From the NCBI GenBank assembly GCA_033763315.1, contig JANRKS010000024.1, positions 161,988 to 225,987 on the forward strand: a stretch of DNA of 64,000 nt, written 5' to 3'. Of the stretch, positions 58,579 to 64,000 are shown piece after piece. Source of the stretch: Deltaproteobacteria bacterium. GTDB lineage: Bacteria; Myxococcota_A; Polyangia; Fen-1088. Below the pieces are notes generated by a model. It worked only from the letters and a program-made list of their open reading frames with translations, was not told the origin of the DNA and ran no database searches. Each line of letters opens with the position of its first letter. Within the stretch, counting starts at the first letter, position 1. Position numbers and translations under genes: made by a program.

Positions 58579-60273
58579 ATGGAAAACCGGAAGAACCTGA
58601 TCATCGCCGTCGTCTTGTGTGTGGGCATTCTGCTCGTTTGGGAGCGGTTCATCATGCCGAAGCCACAGCCGGTCGAGGCGCCTCGTGGCAGCAACGCGAC
58701 CGCTGTGGCTACGAACAACGCCCAACCCTCGGCAGCCCTCGCAGCCCCCGCAGCCCCTTCAGGCAGCGAACGCGGAAAAGAAGAGATTGTGTCGCTCGAC
58801 ACACCAGACGCCACGTTCGATCTGAGCTCGTGGGGCGCCTCGCTGTTGGCGGTTCACTTGAAGACGGAGAAATTTCGCACGGGTGGCAAAGGCGAGCCGT
58901 TGGAGATCATTCGCGCCCGCACGGGTGATGAAGCGCCGTTTTCGGTGGGGATAGCCAACGCTGCCTTCAGCATACCTGCCAATGCCAAGTGGACCGTGGT
59001 GTCGAAGGCTGCGGATCGCGTTGCGTTTGCGACCGAGATCAACGGCAACACCATCACCAAGACGTTTTCGGCGTCGGCGGAACGTTATCGGTTGCGTTTG
59101 GAAGTGGCCGTGAAGAACGGCACCGCGGCACCGCTTTCGCATCAATTGACGATTGCGGTTTCGGGTCAGCAGGATGCGGCCAAAAAAGGCGGCGGCATGT
59201 TCAGCTATGCCGTGGCCAGCGTCGAAGAGATGGTTTGCCACGTCAATGGCAAGGTGGAACGCCACGACCTTGATAACTTGAAAAAGGAAGCTTTCGCCGC
59301 TGAGGGCATGGTGCGCTGGATCGCCGCTGATGAACGCTTCTTCACAGTTGCTGCGGTGCCACCTTTGCAACCGGCGCAATCCAGCAGCAAATGCCAGCAA
59401 CAGGCAAGCAACGATCGGGGACACGCCACGTTGACGTTGCCGACCCAGACGATCAAGGCGGGAGAGTCTTTGACATACCCGTTCGAGATCTACGCGGGCC
59501 CTAAGTATTCGGAGCTGCTGTCGGCGGTGGCGCCTGGCGTGATCTCGGGGGGCACACCGGCCACCGGTCCCATGGTGGAGGGAGACGCGGAGCTTGACCG
59601 CAGCGTCAACGTCACGTTCGCGTTCTTGTCGCGCCCGATGATGGCCACTTTGAAGGCGTTTCACAAAGTGATCGGGAACTGGGGCCTGTCCATCATCTTG
59701 CTGACGCTCTTGGTGAAATTGATCACCTTCTATCCGGCCCACAAGGCACTGCTTTCGGGCAAGCGGATGGCCAAGCTGGCACCCAAGATTGCGGAGCTCA
59801 AAGAAAAGTATGGCAACGATCGTGAGCGGTTGGGCCGCGAAACGATGGCGCTTTATAAGTCGCAGGGCGTAAATGTGTTGGGTGGCTGTTTGCCATCGCT
59901 GATTCAGATGCCGATCTGGATCGCGCTTTACTCCACTCTTAGCTACTCCGTGGAGCTCTATCGTTCAGCTTTTGTTGGTTACATCCATGATCTCTCGGCG
60001 CCCGATCCCTACTACATCCTGCCGCTGGTGATGGGCGTGACGATGTTCATTCAGATGCGCATGGCTCCGGCCGGCACCGACCCGCAACAGCAAAAGATCA
60101 TGTCGATCATGATGCCGATCATGTTCACGGGCTTTCAGATCTTCTTGCCCGCAGGCTTGGCGGTGTACGTGTTAACCAATTATCTGTTGGGCATTGTTCA
60201 CCAGATGGTCATCAATCGTCTGGAGCGAGGCCCCGTTCCCCCGTCTCCGCTCAAGGCTGCCAAAGCCACCTGA
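58579..60273 (+). CDS. yidC: Membrane protein insertase YidC
   Basis: N-terminal TM, periplasmic domain, YAGPK, GNWGLSII, GGCLP..IQMPIW, DLSAPDPYYILP. Confidence 0.95.
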   Translation: MENRKNLIIAVVLCVGILLVWERFIMPKPQPVEAPRGSNATAVATNNAQPSAALAAPAAPSGSERGKEEIVSLDTPDATFDLSSWGASLLAVHLKTEKFRTGGKGEPLEIIRARTGDEAPFSVGIANAAFSIPANAKWTVVSKAADRVAFATEINGNTITKTFSASAERYRLRLEVAVKNGTAAPLSHQLTIAVSGQQDAAKKGGGMFSYAVASVEEMVCHVNGKVERHDLDNLKKEAFAAEGMVRWIAADERFFTVAAVPPLQPAQSSSKCQQQASNDRGHATLTLPTQTIKAGESLTYPFEIYAGPKYSELLSAVAPGVISGGTPATGPMVEGDAELDRSVNVTFAFLSRPMMATLKAFHKVIGNWGLSIILLTLLVKLITFYPAHKALLSGKRMAKLAPKIAELKEKYGNDRERLGRETMALYKSQGVNVLGGCLPSLIQMPIWIALYSTLSYSVELYRSAFVGYIHDLSAPDPYYILPLVMGVTMFIQMRMAPAGTDPQQQKIMSIMMPIMFTGFQIFLPAGLAVYVLTNYLLGIVHQMVINRLERGPVPPSPLKAAKAT

Positions 60274-60364
60274 CCACGTGCCACGCCGTCATCCGTCCCG
60301 CCATGGCTCTGCTTGTGGTAGTCTCCTTCCGCGTGAGGGGTCGTTACCGGACTGGGGAACGTGA

Positions 60365-60619
60365 ATGACTGAGAGGCTTTCAGATCTCGAGGAAAAGCTC
60401 CGAAGCTCGAAAAGCAAGCTAGAGGCTTTGGCCGAGCGGGCGGCCCAGCTGCGTTCAAAGTTAGAAGCCGATACGGCGCTGGTTTCCTCGATGGAGAAAT
60501 TGGCCGAACTATCGAAACGCGCCCCCAACCCTGTTCTTCAAGAGGATTACCGTGAGGATGACGGTTATTACCTTTCTGACGGTTGGGAGATTGAGCTTGC
60601 GAACGAAGAGGGTAAATAA
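60365..60619 (+). CDS. Small hypothetical coiled-coil protein
   Basis: Heptad Leu pattern and acidic/aromatic C-terminus; fills the gap between yidC and trmB. Confidence 0.55.
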   Translation: MTERLSDLEEKLRSSKSKLEALAERAAQLRSKLEADTALVSSMEKLAELSKRAPNPVLQEDYREDDGYYLSDGWEIELANEEGK

Positions 60620-60631
60620 CGCCCTCGTCTC

Positions 60632-61258
60632 ATGTCATCGCGTCGCATCCGCCACCACGTAAACCCGCTGCGTTCAACCCTTCTGGCCATCAGCCAGGTG
60701 GACATGATTGTGCCGCCGGCGGATGGTCTGCCTGTCGAAGTGGAGTTGGGTTCAGGCGAAGCCTATTTCTTGATGGAGCGCGCGGTTGAGACACCAGGGC
60801 GACACTATGTGGGTGTTGAGATTCGCCGCGAGATGGTGGCGTGGGCCAATGAAGACGCGGTCGCGCGGGGCGTGGCCGACCGGGTGGTGAGTGTGTTTGC
60901 GAACATCTCCGTAGACATGCAGCGGCTGTTTCCGCCCGGGCTGGTTTCGCGCTTCTTCATTAACTTTCCTGATCCGTGGTTCAAGGCGAACCAACACAAA
61001 CGGCGGGTGATTGAACCGTCGCTTGTGAACGAGATGCTGCGGGCCTTACGACCTGACGGCGAGATCTACGTGAACACGGACATCTTCGATCTGGCGCTTG
61101 ACGCGATGACGGCGATGGAGATGGATGAACGGCTGGTCAACGCGGCGGCGCCATGGACGTTTGTGCGGCAGACGCCGTTTGTGGCGCGCTCGCGACGCGA
61201 ACGTCAGTGTGAGCTTGAAGAGCGCAAGATCTGGCGCCTGCACTACCGACGCGTGTGA
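60632..61258 (+). CDS. trmB: tRNA (guanine46-N7)-methyltransferase
   Basis: RIRHHVNP, VELGSG, GVEIR, NFPDPWFKANQHKRR. Confidence 0.88.
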   Translation: MSSRRIRHHVNPLRSTLLAISQVDMIVPPADGLPVEVELGSGEAYFLMERAVETPGRHYVGVEIRREMVAWANEDAVARGVADRVVSVFANISVDMQRLFPPGLVSRFFINFPDPWFKANQHKRRVIEPSLVNEMLRALRPDGEIYVNTDIFDLALDAMTAMEMDERLVNAAAPWTFVRQTPFVARSRRERQCELEERKIWRLHYRRV

Positions 61259-61266
61259 AGCTGTGA

Positions 61267-63294
61267 TCAGGAAAGCTCGACCAGGCGATCCTCAAGCGCT
61301 TTGATCTGATCTCGCACCTCGGCGGCCTTCTCGAACTCAAGATCTTCGGCCATGCGAAACATGTCCTTCTTGAGCTGCTCAAGCGCCTTCGGAATCTGCG
61401 CGACGGGCACTTGATCCACGCTGGCGCCCTTGCGTTTGCCTTTGCCCTTGGCGCGCGGTACGGCCGTTTTGCCCAAGTCATAGAAATCATCGAGCGGCGT
61501 GCCGGCCAGCTCTTCGATGGCTTTGATCACGGTCATCGGCGTGATGCCGTGCGCTTCGTTGTAGGCGTGCTGAATGGCACGACGCCGGTTTGTTTCGTCG
61601 ATCGCCTTCTTCATCGAAGCCGTTTCGCGATCGGCGTACATGATCACGCGCCCGCGCACGTTGCGAGCGGCGCGGCCAATCGTTTGAATGAGCGATCGTT
61701 CGGCGCGCAGGAAGCCCTCTTTGTCGGCATCCAAAATTGCGACGAGCGACACTTCGGGCAAATCCAGGCCTTCGCGCAAAAGGTTGATGCCGACGAGCAC
61801 GTCATATTCACCTAAACGCAAATCACGCAATATCTCGATGCGTTCAAGCGTCTCGATGTCTGAGTGCAGGTAGCGCACGCGAATGCCGAGCTCCGATAGA
61901 TACTCGGTGAGATCCTCAGCCATGCGTTTGGTGAGGGTGGTGACCAGAACGCGATCCTTCATCTCAACCCGCTTGCGGATCTCGCCCACGAGATCGTCCA
62001 CTTGGTTGCCCACCGGCCGCACTTCAATCACGGGATCCAAAAGCCCCGTGGGGCGGATGATCTGCTCCACGACCACGCCTTGAGACTGCTCGACCTCGTA
62101 GGTGCCGGGTGTGGCTGATACGTAGATCGCTTGCGGCACGCGTTGTTTCCATTCCTCGAACATCAGCGGGCGGTTGTCCATCGCCGAAGGCAAACGGAAG
62201 CCGAATTCCACGAGCGTTTCTTTGCGTGCCCGATCGCCTTTGTACATCGATCCGATCTGCGGAATGGTTTGGTGGGATTCATCCACCACCACCAGGAAAT
62301 CCTTGGGAAAGTAATCGATGAGTGTGGGCGGCGGCTCGCCGGAAGCGCGGCCTGACAAGTGGTGCGAATAATTCTCGATGCCTTTGCAGCGGCCCATCTG
62401 CTCAAGCATTTCGAGATCGTACATCGTGCGTTGTTCAAGGCGCTGGGCTTCCACGAGCTTGTTTTCGGCGCGCAGCACGGTAAGGCGCTCACGCAGCTCT
62501 TCACGAATGCCGCGCATCGCGCGCGTCAGTTGCTCGGCCGGCGTGACATAGTGCGAGCCAGGAAAGATAGACACCTCGTCAAGCTTGCGCAGCACTTTGC
62601 CGCGCAGCGGATCGACCTCACTGATGGATTCAATCTCGTCGCCCCACCATTCGATGCGAATGGCTTTTTCGCGTTCATAGGCGGGGAAAACCTCGACAAC
62701 GTCACCTCGCACACGAAAGGTGCCACGCGAAAAATCCACGTCGTTGCGATCGTACTGAATCTCCACCAAGCGGCGCAACACAGCGTCGCGACGCACCTCC
62801 ACCCCCGTTTCCAGATCGATTTTCATGCCCAGGTAAGCTTCGGCGGCGCCGATGCCGTAGATGCATGAAACCGACGCGACGATCAACGAATCACGCCGCG
62901 TAAGCAGGCCGTAAGTGGCCGCATGCCGCATGCGATCGATCTCTTCGTTGATGAGCGAATCTTTCTCGATGTACGTGTCGGTCGAGGGGACGTAGGCCTC
63001 GGGCTGGTAATAATCGTAGTAGCTGACGAAGTAGTGAACGGCGTTGTCGGGAAACAGATTGCGGAACTCGAGGAACAGCTGATGCGCCAATGTTTTGTTG
63101 TGCGCGATCACCAACGTGGGCCGCTGCATGGCTGCCACCACGTTGGCCATTGTGAAGGTTTTGCCGCTGCCCGTGATCCCAAGCAGGACCTGCGCTTCAT
63201 CGTTGCGCTTGACGCCCTCGATGAGTTCCTTGATGGCGCGGGGCTGATCGCCGCGCGGCTCCATTGTGGTGTTAAGTCGAAAGGGGGTGGGCAT
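61267..63294 (-). CDS. uvrB: Excinuclease ABC subunit B
   Basis: [47 protein letters not shown]-terminal UVR domain. Confidence 0.97.
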   Translation of the reverse strand: MPTPFRLNTTMEPRGDQPRAIKELIEGVKRNDEAQVLLGITGSGKTFTMANVVAAMQRPTLVIAHNKTLAHQLFLEFRNLFPDNAVHYFVSYYDYYQPEAYVPSTDTYIEKDSLINEEIDRMRHAATYGLLTRRDSLIVASVSCIYGIGAAEAYLGMKIDLETGVEVRRDAVLRRLVEIQYDRNDVDFSRGTFRVRGDVVEVFPAYEREKAIRIEWWGDEIESISEVDPLRGKVLRKLDEVSIFPGSHYVTPAEQLTRAMRGIREELRERLTVLRAENKLVEAQRLEQRTMYDLEMLEQMGRCKGIENYSHHLSGRASGEPPPTLIDYFPKDFLVVVDESHQTIPQIGSMYKGDRARKETLVEFGFRLPSAMDNRPLMFEEWKQRVPQAIYVSATPGTYEVEQSQGVVVEQIIRPTGLLDPVIEVRPVGNQVDDLVGEIRKRVEMKDRVLVTTLTKRMAEDLTEYLSELGIRVRYLHSDIETLERIEILRDLRLGEYDVLVGINLLREGLDLPEVSLVAILDADKEGFLRAERSLIQTIGRAARNVRGRVIMYADRETASMKKAIDETNRRRAIQHAYNEAHGITPMTVIKAIEELAGTPLDDFYDLGKTAVPRAKGKGKRKGASVDQVPVAQIPKALEQLKKDMFRMAEDLEFEKAAEVRDQIKALEDRLVELS

Positions 63295-63348
63295 GGCTTG
63301 AACCGTGGCGAACGGGCGCAACGAAGCGCCCGCTGTTAGTGTACGAAC

Positions 63349-64000
63349 ATGTTGCGCGGTTTCTATGCGATCTGCGATGTGAACTTGGCCGAGACGGCGT
63401 CGGTGGGGCTCAAAGCCAAAGTGATTGCGCGGACAGAGGTGCTGCTGGGGGCGGCGCCATGCATGCTGCAGTTGCGGGCCAAGCACGCTCCGGCGGAAGT
63501 GTTGTGGCAATTGGCGGCAGCCGTGAGGCCGTTATGCGCTGAAGCGGGCGTGCCTTTTTGCGTCAACGACCGCCTCGACGTGGCGCTGGCCGTGGGCGCA
63601 GACGCCGTGCACCTGGGGCAGGACGACCTGCCTTTGCATGCTGCCATTGCCGTGCGGGATCGAGGTGGACGGCCACTATCGATTGGCATCTCCACGCACA
63701 ACGAGGCTCAAGCCGCGGCGGCCTGCGCAGGCGGCGCTGATTACATCGGCTTCGGGCCTTTGTTCGCCACGCATACCAAGGAGAACCCCGACCCGGTGGT
63801 GGGCCTTGCGCGGTTGGCAGCCGTCGTAAAGGAGGCGACGGTGCCTGTTGTTGGTATCGGTGGCGTAACACTCGAAACGGTGGTGGCGGTGGCGGCCACG
63901 GGGGCGGCGGCCGCGGCGGTGATTTCAGCGGTGGCCAAGCACGCGAAACCTGCGGCTGCCGGCGCGCTTGTGAACCGTGCGTTTGGGATCGAAGCCCCCC
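63349..64000 (+). CDS. thiE: Thiamine-phosphate synthase (runs off the window end; missing from the ORF track)
   Basis: Translated by hand: [10 protein letters not shown]...LQLRAK...[23 protein letters not shown]...STH...[15 protein letters not shown]...VGIGGV. Confidence 0.9.
   Translation, partial: MLRGFYAICDVNLAETASVGLKAKVIARTEVLLGAAPCMLQLRAKHAPAEVLWQLAAAVRPLCAEAGVPFCVNDRLDVALAVGADAVHLGQDDLPLHAAIAVRDRGGRPLSIGISTHNEAQAAAACAGGADYIGFGPLFATHTKENPDPVVGLARLAAVVKEATVPVVGIGGVTLETVVAVAATGAAAAAVISAVAKHAKPAAAGALVNRAFGIEAP

Overview
GC-rich bacterial chromosome segment that spans the replication-origin region. The gene content suggests a myxobacterium (Myxococcota): Ser/Thr kinase-PEGA genes, a DUF1592/DUF1552 pair, a CarD/CdnL gene and a REC-DUF4388 protein; this is inference. 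The right third holds gyrB-recF-dnaN-dnaA divergent from rpmH-rnpA-yidD-yidC. DnaA boxes lie on both sides of dnaA, a DnaA-trio/AT-rich unwinding element lies between dnaA and dnaN, and two parS palindromes follow rsmG. The usual yidC-jag-mnmE-mnmG-rsmG-parAB order is broken up. The left two thirds mix housekeeping genes (rpmG-rplX, cysS, metG, proC, mutM, rsmA, tsaD) with accessory envelope and signalling genes. The best novelty candidate is a five-gene unit at 32.7-37.6 kb: lipoprotein, ECF sigma, membrane anti-sigma, exported caspase-like protease with a C-terminal beta-barrel-like domain, and a paralogous lipoprotein. Protease and anti-sigma share a T-R-x-K-G motif, which suggests caspase-triggered trans-envelope signalling. 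I saw no rRNA, tRNA, CRISPR array or mobile element. All calls come from reading motifs by eye; no database searches were run. Several start codons were moved relative to the ORF track.
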